From Myxococcota bacterium (GTDB lineage Bacteria; Myxococcota_C; UBA6777), in the NCBI GenBank assembly GCA_023150835.1, contig JAKLKB010000027.1, positions 1 to 57,836 on the forward strand: a stretch of 57,836 nt of DNA. The letters are read 5' to 3'. Shown piece by piece: positions 1-9,240 of this stretch (positions are counted from its first letter, which is position 1; each line of letters begins with the position of its first letter). Below the pieces are notes generated by a model that was given only the letters and a program-made list of their open reading frames with translations, did no database searches and was not told the DNA's origin. Both the position numbers and the translations under genes were made by a program.

Positions 1-140
1 CCCCCGAGAGTTTTCGTTGTTTTCTTCAACTGTCATGTCGCGAGACGTTCCTCTGAGACCTCTCATGTCAAGGGCAAACAAGCCATGAAGCCCGATGATA
101 CCACGTTTTTCGAAAAAGACCTCAAAACACAACATGAGCC

Positions 141-240
141 CCACAAAAAACAATCCACAAAAAACAATCCACAAAAAACAATCCACAAAAAACAATCCAC
201 AAAAAACAATCCACAAAAAACAATCCACAAAAAACAATCC
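141..240. repeat. 14-bp tandem repeat (CCACAAAAAACAAT) x7
   Basis: Read directly from the sequence; it produces the 14-aa periodicity in shadow ORFs 85..420 and 95..292. Confidence 0.95.
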
Positions 241-416
241 ATACGAACCTGCGCCTCCTTGCGTTCGACGCGCCATTTCAAGCATGTTGTAAAGGCGATC
301 CAAACCAAGCTGATCACTACACACCCACGCGGAGGCAGAAAAGCAAGCCGCCCCCGCCAAAAAGAGAGAAGACATCCGAACCAAGCCATCATTACACCCA
401 CGCGGAGAACTGGCCG

Positions 417-1436
417 ATGAGCCCAGAAAAAGCCCACACGCTCGAACCTTCGGCAGATGCGCCGACGCCAACAACCGAGACCTCCCACGCCCAAGAAAGA
501 ACAGAGATCGCCACATCCGACGCACCGCCCACCCAAGGCTCACAAGAACCCAAGCCACCGCCCTTTCCAGAACACCTCCGTCTTGAAGTCGAAGAATTTT
601 CCCGAAAAACAGATGCTTTTGTCAAGTCTCTTGAGCCACTTCTCGCACCGTATCGCGGCCTACTCGAAGCGATGAAAAAAGAAAGAAAACGATACAACGC
701 ATGGCTTGAAGCCCATCCTCAGCGCGTCGTCTATTACCAAGATATCGGAACCTACACCGCTTGCCAATACATGCCGAACGTGGAGATCCGCGACACCCCC
801 GAGATGGGACGCGGCGTCTTTACCACCGCACCGCTCAAACAAGGCGACCTGTTTCTTGCCGAAGAAGCCATTGTTTTCGCCCCCCAAGAAGATGACCCGC
901 TGATCGTCTCGCTGCTTGGGATGTTTGCTAACCCTTGGGCTCTCGCCAAAGAACTCATCCAAATAGACCCCGAACGCCAAGCCCTCGCCGCCCAATTGTA
1001 CAACGCACACACCGACAAGTCCGCGCACCTACTACAACAACTCGCACAGATCCAAGCGGCCTCGACACACACCTTTCCAAACGCTGCGCCCGAAACCTTG
1101 GTCCGCTGGATCGGAACCGCACAAAGCAACGCCTTTTGCTTTCAAGTACGCCAACGCAAACGTGTTGGGATGTACATCTTGGCATCCATGCTCAACCATA
1201 GCTGCTCACCCAACGCCAGTTTTTCGTTTGAAGGTACCACCATCGTCATCCACGCCCAAAAAGACGTCCCTACAGGCGAGCAACTCTTTTCTTCTTACCT
1301 CGGCGGGCGCAACCTCCCCGTCGAACGCCGCCAACAAATGCTCCAAGAACGCTTTCATTTCACCTGCCGCTGCCCGACTTGTACGACCGAAGCCGCCTCC
1401 ACCCCAGCCGAATCGCCCCCTCCCACTACCCCCTAA
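417..1436 (+). CDS. SET-domain protein (SMYD-like lysine methyltransferase)
   Basis: GRGVF(T) motif, SNAF, ASMLNHSCSPN, GEQLFSSY and a post-SET FTCRCPTC motif. Confidence 0.88.
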   Translation: MSPEKAHTLEPSADAPTPTTETSHAQERTEIATSDAPPTQGSQEPKPPPFPEHLRLEVEEFSRKTDAFVKSLEPLLAPYRGLLEAMKKERKRYNAWLEAHPQRVVYYQDIGTYTACQYMPNVEIRDTPEMGRGVFTTAPLKQGDLFLAEEAIVFAPQEDDPLIVSLLGMFANPWALAKELIQIDPERQALAAQLYNAHTDKSAHLLQQLAQIQAASTHTFPNAAPETLVRWIGTAQSNAFCFQVRQRKRVGMYILASMLNHSCSPNASFSFEGTTIVIHAQKDVPTGEQLFSSYLGGRNLPVERRQQMLQERFHFTCRCPTCTTEAASTPAESPPPTTP

Positions 1437-1475
1437 CCGCTATCCTTTAAGAGAGACGTTGCTTGTTGGGTTTGT

Positions 1476-1599
1476 TTTTGTGGGGCGTTGCCCCACTCCC
1501 CACAAGGGACTATCGCCCCTTGGCCCCGTATCGGCGAAGAGAGCATCGTTTTTCAAACCAACCGATCGTCGCTTGAAGCACCACGAACACGGCTTTTTT
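1476..1599 (+). mobile_element. Family B double-hairpin dispersed repeat, copy 1
   Basis: GTGGGGCGTTGCCCCAC and CAAGGG..CCCCTTG hairpins, then CCCCGTATCGGCG..GCTTGAA..AACACGG; shared with 5 other loci. Confidence 0.8.
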
Positions 1600-1607
1600 G
1601 AGAAACC

Positions 1608-1668
1608 GCGTCACTTCGGCGAGGCTTGGATGTGCAAGAGCGTCACTTCGGCGAGTGATTAGATGTGC
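1608..1668. repeat. Imperfect tandem duplication (GCGTCACTTCGGCGAG..GATGTGC x2, period ~32)
   Basis: Read directly from the sequence. Confidence 0.75.
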
Positions 1669-1699
1669 TTGCACCTTTTGCAAGATTGCACTACGCTGA

Positions 1700-1819
1700 T
1701 ACGAAATCCGCCCATGGTGTGCGCCAACATATAGGGGCTGCCCCCTGTGGCTGCCCAACAACAAGGCGTCTACAGCGGATCACACCTACCCTTCGTGTAC
1801 ACTTCTCTCGGATATCGGA
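1700..1819 (+). mobile_element. Family A MITE, long subtype (TGA target duplication)
   Basis: Termini TACGAAATCCG..CGGATATCGGA, flanked by TGA on both sides; internal GGGGCTGCCCCCTGTGGCTGCCC. Confidence 0.85.
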
Positions 1820-1876
1820 TGATGCCTTCTGTACAACGGCATACCCGCCGCCACAAACCACCAAGGAGAGCCGATC

Positions 1877-2149
1877 ATGAGCGATCTCAAAGCCCGCTTC
1901 GATGCCACAGTTCAATACGTCCGCACTGCTGAAGGCAGTTTCCAACCCTCCAACGACCTCAAACTCCAGATGTATGCGCTGTTTAAGCAAGCCACCGAAG
2001 GCGATGTCAGCGGAAAACGCCCCGGGATGCTCGATCTCGTCGGCAAAGCCAAATATGACGCATGGGCCAAGATCAAAGGCATCTCCAAAGAAAGCGCCAT
2101 GCAGCAATACATCGACACCGTCGAGTCCCTCAAATCTCGCCACCGTTAG
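1877..2149 (+). CDS. Acyl-CoA-binding protein (ACBP)
   Basis: LQMYALFKQATEGD and KAKYDAW signature motifs; AAGGAG RBS upstream. Confidence 0.95.
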   Translation: MSDLKARFDATVQYVRTAEGSFQPSNDLKLQMYALFKQATEGDVSGKRPGMLDLVGKAKYDAWAKIKGISKESAMQQYIDTVESLKSRHR

Positions 2150-2180
2150 AGCCATCGTGGCCTGTCCCCTCCATATCCCG

Positions 2181-2400
2181 CCTGTTCTTCCTGTTCTTCC
2201 TGTTCTTCCCGTTCTTCCTGTTCTTCCTGTTCTTCCTGTTCTTCCTGTTCTTCCTCTTCTTCCTCTTCTTCCTCTTCTTCTTCCTGTTCTTCCTGTTCTT
2301 CCTGTTCTTCCTGTTCTTCCTGTTCTTCCTCTTCTTCTTCCTCCTCTTCCTCCTCTTCTTCCTCCTCTTCCTCCTCTTCCGTGTTTTCCGTGTTTTCCGT
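2181..2400. repeat. ~220 bp pyrimidine-rich 9-bp tandem repeat (CCTGTTCTT/CCTCTTCTT)
   Basis: Read directly; lies between two convergent genes. Confidence 0.95.
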
Positions 2401-2426
2401 GGACTCTTCTTGGTTTTTCGTATTTT

Positions 2427-3086
2427 TTAATGCAAAAGATTGCGAAGTGTAGGAGGGAGGATGAGCGGGCAAGGGCCATCACTTTGGAGATAGCGGCGAA
2501 GGCTTGGGAGATCGTCGATATCATCAAGGGGCGAGATGGTGGCGTAGGGGATTTTCTGTAGAGCGAGGCATTTCTTGGTTTGTAGCCATGTTTGGGGCGA
2601 AGACCACGGGATCCCCGAAAAGATCGGATGCGCCTGCGACCGCTGCCCCACAAGATAATAACCCCCATCCCCAGAAGGCCCAAAGACGACATCGCAGCTT
2701 GCAAAGCGCCGCAACGCATCAAGAAGATGTTGCTGTGTGAGATACGGACAATCACTTCCAACCAGCAAGACTTTTTCGTCACCCAGCGCAAAGCGTTCAC
2801 GAAAGGCCCGATCCATGCGTTCTCCGAGATCATCGCCTTCTTGCAGTCCGATCAATAAGGACGGATCGATGTGCAGCAAAGCGGCCCCGAATTCTTGGTC
2901 TTCTTTGGGGAGGTACAAGACGCGCTGTGTGGCTTGGAGGGAAGCGGTGCGCAGAGTGTAGGCGAGCAATTGGGCGTAGACATCGGCAGCTTCAGCCATC
3001 CCGACCACCTGACCGAGACGTGTTTTGACATGCCCTGCTTTCGGTGCGCGGCCAAAGATCAGGATCGAGGTGGAGGATGACATCAC
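2427..3086 (-). CDS. DUF2064/TIGR04282-type glycosyltransferase-fold protein
   Basis: GHVKTRL, QEGDDLGERM, VGSDCP, GPSGDGGYYL, IPWSS and DIDD motifs. Confidence 0.88.
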   Translation of the reverse strand: MMSSSTSILIFGRAPKAGHVKTRLGQVVGMAEAADVYAQLLAYTLRTASLQATQRVLYLPKEDQEFGAALLHIDPSLLIGLQEGDDLGERMDRAFRERFALGDEKVLLVGSDCPYLTQQHLLDALRRFASCDVVFGPSGDGGYYLVGQRSQAHPIFSGIPWSSPQTWLQTKKCLALQKIPYATISPLDDIDDLPSLRRYLQSDGPCPLILPPTLRNLLH

Positions 3087-3119
3087 GGCCCCCTCTAAAC
3101 AGGGTTGGAGCTTGGGCGT

Positions 3120-4565
3120 TTAAGCGTTGCTTTTGAGTTCGCGTACGGTGTCTTCGATGCCTTTGCGTGCGTCTGCAAAGAACATCAACGCATTGTCGGC
3201 TTCAAACAGCGGGTTGGGGATGCCCGCATATCCGGGCGAAAGGCTGCGTTTGACGATCACCACAACACGCGATTCGTGGGTACGCAAGATCGGCATACCG
3301 TAGATCGGGCTGTCTTTTTTGTCTAAGGCTTCGGGGTTTACGACATCATTGGCTCCGATCACGATCGAGATATCCGTGTTGGAGAATTCGTTGTTGATAT
3401 CGTCCATCTCGAAGAGTTCATCGTACGGCACATCGGCTTCTGCAAGCAAGACGTTCATGTGACCGGGCATCCGCCCTGCAACGGGATGGATAGCGTATTT
3501 GACCGAAGCTCCGCGCTTTTTGAGGATATCCGCGAGTTCCCGTACGGTGTGTTGGGCTTGAGCCACAGCCATCCCATAACCCGGCACGATCACCACGCGC
3601 TCGACAGCCTCCAACATCTGCGCGAGTTCTTCGGCATCCGTACTTTTGATCTTGGTGTAGGCTTGTTTTTTGGCTTCTCCGCCGCTCGCCTCTTCCATCC
3701 CGAAGCCGCCCACCAAGACGTTCAACAAAGACCGATTCATCGCCTTGCACATGATCATCGTCAAGATGATCCCCGACGCGCCCACCAACGAACCGCTGAT
3801 GATCAACAAGTTGTTGCCGATCACAAAGCCCGTCATCGACGCAGCAAGGCCCGAGTACGAGTTGAGCAGCGAGATCACGACGGGCATATCTGCCCCACCG
3901 ATCGGGATGACCAGCAACACGCCCAGCGCCAAGCACAACAACGAAACCAAGATCAGCAGCAGCAATAGCCCCCAGCGTGCGCTGATCTGGAAGCAAGCAA
4001 GATACGAAAACAACAGCGTCGCCGCGATCACACCACCCGAGATCAAGTGCCGATGAGGCAGCAAGATCGGCTTTTCAGGCATCCACTTTGCGCCTTGCAG
4101 CTTGCCAAATGCCACGAAAGACCCCGTGACGGTGACACCCCCGATCAAGATCGACAAGACCACCGAGACCGATCCATCCGAACCCAGCACGACCGCAACC
4201 GTCCCAGCTTTGCCCATCTCGATCATCTGCTCGTAAAAATACGAAAGCGCCACCAACAGCGACGATAAACCGCCCAAGCCATTCAACAACGCCACCATCT
4301 CTGGCATCGCCGTCGCTTGGACAGTCATTCCAAGCCAAGCTCCCACCGCCGCCCCAACGATCAAACCTGTCATAATCAGCCGTGGATCGAACGATTCGGG
4401 ATACAAGATCGCCAACTCTGCCAACGCAGCCACGATCGCGATCACCATCGCCACCATCGCCAAAAAGTTCCCTTGGCGCGCCGTTCGCACCGCCGCAAGT
4501 TGCTTAATCCCAAAAATAAACAGCACCGATGCCAACATATAGGCAAGGTGAACCCATGTCATCAT
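3120..4565 (-). CDS. pntB: NAD(P) transhydrogenase beta subunit
   Basis: IGGADMPVVISLLNSYSG, PGYGMAVAQAQH and IHPVAGRMPGHMNVLLAEA. Confidence 0.97.
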   Translation of the reverse strand: MMTWVHLAYMLASVLFIFGIKQLAAVRTARQGNFLAMVAMVIAIVAALAELAILYPESFDPRLIMTGLIVGAAVGAWLGMTVQATAMPEMVALLNGLGGLSSLLVALSYFYEQMIEMGKAGTVAVVLGSDGSVSVVLSILIGGVTVTGSFVAFGKLQGAKWMPEKPILLPHRHLISGGVIAATLLFSYLACFQISARWGLLLLLILVSLLCLALGVLLVIPIGGADMPVVISLLNSYSGLAASMTGFVIGNNLLIISGSLVGASGIILTMIMCKAMNRSLLNVLVGGFGMEEASGGEAKKQAYTKIKSTDAEELAQMLEAVERVVIVPGYGMAVAQAQHTVRELADILKKRGASVKYAIHPVAGRMPGHMNVLLAEADVPYDELFEMDDINNEFSNTDISIVIGANDVVNPEALDKKDSPIYGMPILRTHESRVVVIVKRSLSPGYAGIPNPLFEADNALMFFADARKGIEDTVRELKSNA

Positions 4566-4600
4566 CAACCTCCTGCACAGATCGCCTGTAGCGTTGCACG

Positions 4601-5101
4601 TTATTTCTTAAATTTCTGCAACAGGCGGTCGGTCACCCAAAAACCACCCACCACGTTGATCATCGCACACAGCACAGCAATAAAACCAAGGATCTTTGCA
4701 ACAGAGGGAGCCGTAAAACGCGCACAATACAACGCTCCCACGATAGTAATCCCTGAGATCGCGTTGGAACCCGACATCAAAGGCGTGTGCAACGTGGGCG
4801 GAACCTTGGTGATCAACTCAAATCCCACAAAAATCGCCAGCAAAAAGATATACAACCCCACCAAAAACGGAGGCAAAGAAGCCGATTGGCTCGCTGTTTC
4901 AGAGGCTTTGCTTTGTTTCGTTGCCGACGCTGTTTGCGCAGCAGACGCTGTTTGCACGGTCGCTTGGCGCTTTGAGGGCGCAGCAGGCTCACCCGCCGAA
5001 GACACCCCATGCACAAACAATCCACCCATCAAAAAGCACATACCAAAAAACATCCATCGCAAGCGCGACAACGAAGAAAACGCTGACATCAACATCCTCA
5101 A
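4601..5101 (-). CDS. pntAB: NAD(P) transhydrogenase alpha subunit part 2 (membrane part, with N-terminal extension)
   Basis: KVPPTLHTPLMSGSNAISG and INVVGGF.VTDR motifs; lies between pntAA and pntB. Confidence 0.92.
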   Translation of the reverse strand: MRMLMSAFSSLSRLRWMFFGMCFLMGGLFVHGVSSAGEPAAPSKRQATVQTASAAQTASATKQSKASETASQSASLPPFLVGLYIFLLAIFVGFELITKVPPTLHTPLMSGSNAISGITIVGALYCARFTAPSVAKILGFIAVLCAMINVVGGFWVTDRLLQKFKK

Positions 5102-6390
5102 CTCTCCTTTTTTTCCGAAACAGCCGTGTCTTTCACCAAAAAAACTTCGCTTGGCTTCGCTGCTTCCGCTGGCTTCGCTGCTTCTGCTGGTTTCGCTGCT
5201 TCCGTTGGCTTCGCTGTTTCTGTTGGCGCGGCGGATTTTTCAGTTTTTGGGGGAGCGAAGATCTCGTGAACAAGCTGACCTTGGTGGGTGATGATCGAAC
5301 CGCGTGTAATCTCTTCTTCAAAATCGAGCTTGAGATCGGTTCCTTTTTTGAAGAGGTGTTGCAAAACAAACAGGATATTGCGTGCGTAGAGTTGGCTCGA
5401 CTCGTAAGGAACGCGGCCCGGGACATTGCGATGTCCGATGATCTGGACGCCGTGTTTGACGACGACTTTTCCGGGTTCTGAAAGCTCGCAGTTTCCGCCT
5501 TGTTCGACAGCAAGATCCACGATCACACTTCCGGGCCTCATCTTTTGCACCATCTCAGCCGTCACAAGGATCGGTGCTTTTTTGCCCGGGACAAGGGCCG
5601 TTGTAATCACTGCATCCGCCGCGATCACGTGTCGGGCGATGGTTTCTTGTTGGCGCTTCAAAAAGTCAGCAGAGACTTCGCGTGCATAACCGCCCTTGCC
5701 TTCGCCACTTTCCGCCGATTCCACCTCAATAAACTTTCCACCCAGACTTTCGACCTGTTCTTTGACAGCGGGTCGGATATCGGAGACTTCGACAACCGCA
5801 CCAAGGCGCTTGGCGGTGGCGATGGCTTGGAGTCCTGCGACACCCGCTCCCATGATTACCACTTTGGCGGGTTTGACGGTTCCTGCTGCCGTCATCATCA
5901 GGGGAAACAGCTTCGGGAGATGGTCTGCTGCGATCAAAACAGCCTTATATCCGGCGATATTGCTTTGAGAACTCAGGGCGTCCATATTCTGGGCCCGAGA
6001 GATCCGTGGGATCATATCCATCGCAAATGCGCTGACTTTGCGCGCAGCAAGGCGCTCCATCAACGGGCGTTCTGTGCGAGGCCAAAGAAAACTCACCCAC
6101 AAGGCCCCATCCTTCGGAAGATCCGCTTCCTGACGTTCGAGCAGCTTGTTTTGGAGAGGCGGCTGGACTTTGAGGATCACATCGGCTTGGGCGTAGCCTT
6201 GGCGCACATCGTTTTGGATCTGTGCGCCAGCTTCAATGTAGGCTTCGTCAGAGAAAAAAGACGCCAAGCCTGCATCGCGCTCAACGACGACTTGAAATCC
6301 CATCTTGACGAGACGTTTGACCGTTTCAGGACTCGCGGCCACCCGTGTCTCTTCATGCAGGATCTCTTTGGGAACAAAGATCATCGGCAT
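5098..6390 (-). CDS. pntAA: NAD(P) transhydrogenase alpha subunit part 1, with C-terminal AKP(A/T)EA repeats
   Basis: ETRVAASPETV, PRISRAQNMDALSSQ, GAGVAGLQAIATA and DLAVEQGGNC. Confidence 0.96.
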   Translation of the reverse strand: MPMIFVPKEILHEETRVAASPETVKRLVKMGFQVVVERDAGLASFFSDEAYIEAGAQIQNDVRQGYAQADVILKVQPPLQNKLLERQEADLPKDGALWVSFLWPRTERPLMERLAARKVSAFAMDMIPRISRAQNMDALSSQSNIAGYKAVLIAADHLPKLFPLMMTAAGTVKPAKVVIMGAGVAGLQAIATAKRLGAVVEVSDIRPAVKEQVESLGGKFIEVESAESGEGKGGYAREVSADFLKRQQETIARHVIAADAVITTALVPGKKAPILVTAEMVQKMRPGSVIVDLAVEQGGNCELSEPGKVVVKHGVQIIGHRNVPGRVPYESSQLYARNILFVLQHLFKKGTDLKLDFEEEITRGSIITHQGQLVHEIFAPPKTEKSAAPTETAKPTEAAKPAEAAKPAEAAKPSEVFLVKDTAVSEKKES

Positions 6391-6696
6391 CGTCTGACAT
6401 CCTTCTGGTTCACAAACGCTTGCGCGGCTCTTGCTCTGTCGGGTAGAAAGCGCAAGCTAAAAAAAAGGTACGTGGTGGGTATACGGGAATCGAGAAAAGA
6501 AGGGAAGAGGGAAAGCAGCGGGCAAAGAGACAAGAGCGAGTCGGTGTACCCGATGCGTTGGGGATTTGTGCAGGCAGGGCGTAAGTCGCCGAACAACAAG
6601 GCGTTCGCTTATTTTAGTTTCGATAGGCGAGAAGCGACGCGGTGAGCAAAACCCGTGTTCGCGACCGTTCAAAAGAAGAGAAGAGTTCGCTTCGTC

Positions 6697-6981
6697 TCAC
6701 TTAAAAAATTTGGCGTTTGTTTTGGTGTATGAAGCCCATTTGGCGGGGACTTCACTTTCTTCAAAGATCGCACTAACGGGACATTCGGGTTCACAAGCTC
6801 CGCAATCGATACACTCATCGGGGTTGATAAAGAGTTGCATTCCCCCTCGATCGGCCATTGTTTTGACTTCTGCGCCTCGGCCTGTCTTGCTGATCGGCCC
6901 GTGGATACAATCGACAGGGCAAACTTCGACGCAAGCGGTATCACAAACGCCAACGCAGGGTTCCGTGATGATATACGGCAT
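6697..6981 (-). CDS. Dicluster Fe-S ferredoxin
   Basis: [18 protein letters not shown] and [12 protein letters not shown] motifs. Confidence 0.95.
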   Translation of the reverse strand: MPYIITEPCVGVCDTACVEVCPVDCIHGPISKTGRGAEVKTMADRGGMQLFINPDECIDCGACEPECPVSAIFEESEVPAKWASYTKTNAKFFK

Positions 6982-7347
6982 TCTATTTCTCCTATCTCAC
7001 AAGCTATTTGAGCAGCACTCGGATGAACTTCGGACCATGATCGCTCGTGTTGTCCCTCTCTGCGATGCCGTGAGATGGATTGCCAAGAGGAAAAACACCC
7101 GTTACAAGATGCGTTGTGTGGGCAAAAATCCGCAAGCACAAACGCACACGCAACAAACTACGAAGCCCCAAGGAGCCGCACGATACGCTGACCTGCACTC
7201 TCTTGGAAAACGCAGAGGATGTATGATCAAAAAAGGTGCGCGTCAAGTATCTTTCTCAAAAATCTTCTCCCTCCAATCCAGCAAAGACATCAAGCCCAAC
7301 CTTCCGCGAGGACCGAAACAGCCGCTTGATACGACCAAGAGGAAAGC

Positions 7348-8328
7348 ATGATCGAGCATCTTTCGCTAGAGATGTTTCAAGACGATATCGAGGACTTTGA
7401 ACGCAGCGTGATCGCAATGCCCGATATATCGACGGTTTGCACAGCGAGCGACTGGCAGATCGCAGCATACGAACGATTGAGCGATCACAGAGAATCGCGC
7501 ATCATCCGAAGAGATACCACGTGGATGCTATTTTGCATCGGCCCCGTTAACCGCTACCGTCGCGTACTTCAACCTTTTGAGATGAGTTGGGCTTTTGGCA
7601 CTCCTCTCGTGGGCGAAGATATCGAAGCCTGTGTCCAATTGAGCTTAGAAGTGTTGTTGCAAGATCGTCCATCATGGGAGATGGCGGTGTTTAGCGGACT
7701 TCCCGAAGACGGAGCATTGGCGATTGAACTGCTCCGAACGTTGGGGGCGCACTTTCACAGCGAAAGCATCGCAGGCAGTCACTGTGATCAAGCGTTTTTG
7801 CATGACGGCCTTGATGCGTGGCTCGAACGGCGCAGCCGAAACTTTCGCGTGAGCTTGCGCAAAAGTGAACGCGCCGCGCAAGAACAAGAGATCGCGTTTG
7901 AATGGATCGATGGAGTGTGCGATGGCGCGGCCTTGTTGGAGCGCATCTTTCAGATCGAACGCCGCTCATGGAAAGGCGAATCAGGCAAAAGCATTTACCG
8001 AAACCTCCCCTACAGACGATTTTACGAAACGCTTTGCACACGCATGGGAAAACGCGGCTTGTTGCGAGCGATCTTTGCGCAGCACGAAGGAAAAGATATC
8101 GCGTATGCCTTCGGCGGTATCGTAGGTTCGGTCTATCGGGGGTTTCAGATCAGCTACAACGATCAATTTGCTGCGCTCGGTTTGGGAAATCTCTTGCAAT
8201 GGTGGCAGATGCAAAAACTCGCCGAAGAAGGGATCACGCTCTACGATCTCGGGATGGAGATGGCCTACAAAAAACGCTGGGCTGATCGGCTCCAACGCTT
8301 TCAGACGCTGCTCTTTGTCAGAGGTTAA
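7348..8328 (+). CDS. GNAT family acetyltransferase (CelD/BcsL-like)
   Basis: IERRSWKG, SYNDQFAALGLG.LL and YDLG..MAYKKRW. Confidence 0.8.
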   Translation: MIEHLSLEMFQDDIEDFERSVIAMPDISTVCTASDWQIAAYERLSDHRESRIIRRDTTWMLFCIGPVNRYRRVLQPFEMSWAFGTPLVGEDIEACVQLSLEVLLQDRPSWEMAVFSGLPEDGALAIELLRTLGAHFHSESIAGSHCDQAFLHDGLDAWLERRSRNFRVSLRKSERAAQEQEIAFEWIDGVCDGAALLERIFQIERRSWKGESGKSIYRNLPYRRFYETLCTRMGKRGLLRAIFAQHEGKDIAYAFGGIVGSVYRGFQISYNDQFAALGLGNLLQWWQMQKLAEEGITLYDLGMEMAYKKRWADRLQRFQTLLFVRG

Positions 8329-8440
8329 TACGATATCCGCAAGATGCGTACACAAAGAACAGTACGTAGACGCCCTATGGTTGGGCAGCTACAGGGGGCT
8401 GCCCCTACGTTTTGCGATCACACAATGGACGAATCTCGCC
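8329..8440 (-). mobile_element. Family A MITE (TAA target duplication at the GNAT stop codon)
   Basis: TAA|TACGATATCCG..GAATCTCGCC|TAA; internal GGGCAGCTACAGGGGGCTGCCCCTAC. Confidence 0.85.
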
Positions 8441-8469
8441 TAACCACCGCGCCTATCCGATCAAGGCGA

Positions 8470-9144
8470 TCATGACGACTTGGGTGTGTCGGGCTGTATG
8501 TCGGGCGCAGCCGACCGAAACGCATCCAAAGCTCCTGCGGTCGAAGCCACCCGCGCAATCGTCGGATAATCCGCCATCTCGACCCTAAACCGATCAGCGT
8601 TATAGACTTGCGGAACGATCAACACATCCGCAAATGTCACCTGCTCCCCCACAGCAAACGCCCCTGCGGTCTGCACCAACAACCGCTCCAACCCCTCAAA
8701 CCCTCGTTCGATCCAGTACTTTGACCAAGCAAGCGTTTGTTCCCGCGTCACGCCAAACTGCGCTTGTAGCTGCTGCATCACTTTGAGGTTTTGAATCGGC
8801 TGGATCGAGCTATTGATGATCTGCATGATCTGACGAACACGCGCTCGATCTTCTGGGGCTTTCGGAAGCAACGCAGGATGCGGATAACACTCTTCGAGAT
8901 ACTCCAAGATCGCCGTCGATTGGGCCACTGCAAACCCCGGCGCTCCAACACGCTCCACCCACAACGTCGGTAGCTCCGCCATCGGGTTGTATTGCAAATA
9001 GCTTTCTTTGCGATGCTGGCCCCCATCCTCGATCAAATTCACCGCATGGTACGTGTATTCCAAGCCTTTCCACGCCAGTGCGATCCGCACACGATACGAA
9101 GCACTCGAACGAAAATAGCTAAACAGCGTAAGACGTGCATCCAT
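8470..9144 (-). CDS. maiA: Maleylacetoacetate isomerase (zeta-class GST)
   Basis: SYFRSSASYRVRIAL and IQPIQNL motifs; start placed at ATG 9144 after AAGGAG; directly downstream of an FAH gene. Confidence 0.93.
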   Translation of the reverse strand: MDARLTLFSYFRSSASYRVRIALAWKGLEYTYHAVNLIEDGGQHRKESYLQYNPMAELPTLWVERVGAPGFAVAQSTAILEYLEECYPHPALLPKAPEDRARVRQIMQIINSSIQPIQNLKVMQQLQAQFGVTREQTLAWSKYWIERGFEGLERLLVQTAGAFAVGEQVTFADVLIVPQVYNADRFRVEMADYPTIARVASTAGALDAFRSAAPDIQPDTPKSS

Positions 9145-9240
9145 CGGCTTTACGACTCCTTCTTCCAAGACCAACTTCTCGATTGTCGTTTTGGGTGTTC
9201 TTGACGTGCATCCATCGGCTCTACGACTCCTTTTTCCAAG
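9132..9240. repeat. 38-bp direct repeat pair (9132-9169, 9203-9240) with 33-bp spacer; duplicates the FAH stop / RBS / maiA start junction
   Basis: GACGTGCATCCATCGGCTyTACGACTCCTTyTTCCAAG occurs twice, with 2 mismatches. Confidence 0.92.

Noticed and set aside
85-420. 111-aa ORF (and overlapping 63..536, 95..292)
   Set aside because: Its periodicity comes from the non-triplet 14-bp array; there are no protein-like features.
1691-2833. Poly-Glu ORF 2146..2472 and the poly-RTG, PVL and FLF ORFs
   Set aside because: These are open frames produced by a stop-free microsatellite and they overlap better-supported genes.
6645-6675. AAAACCCGTGTTCGCGACCGTTCAA, resembling one end of family B
   Set aside because: Too short and lacks the hairpin end; at most a remnant.
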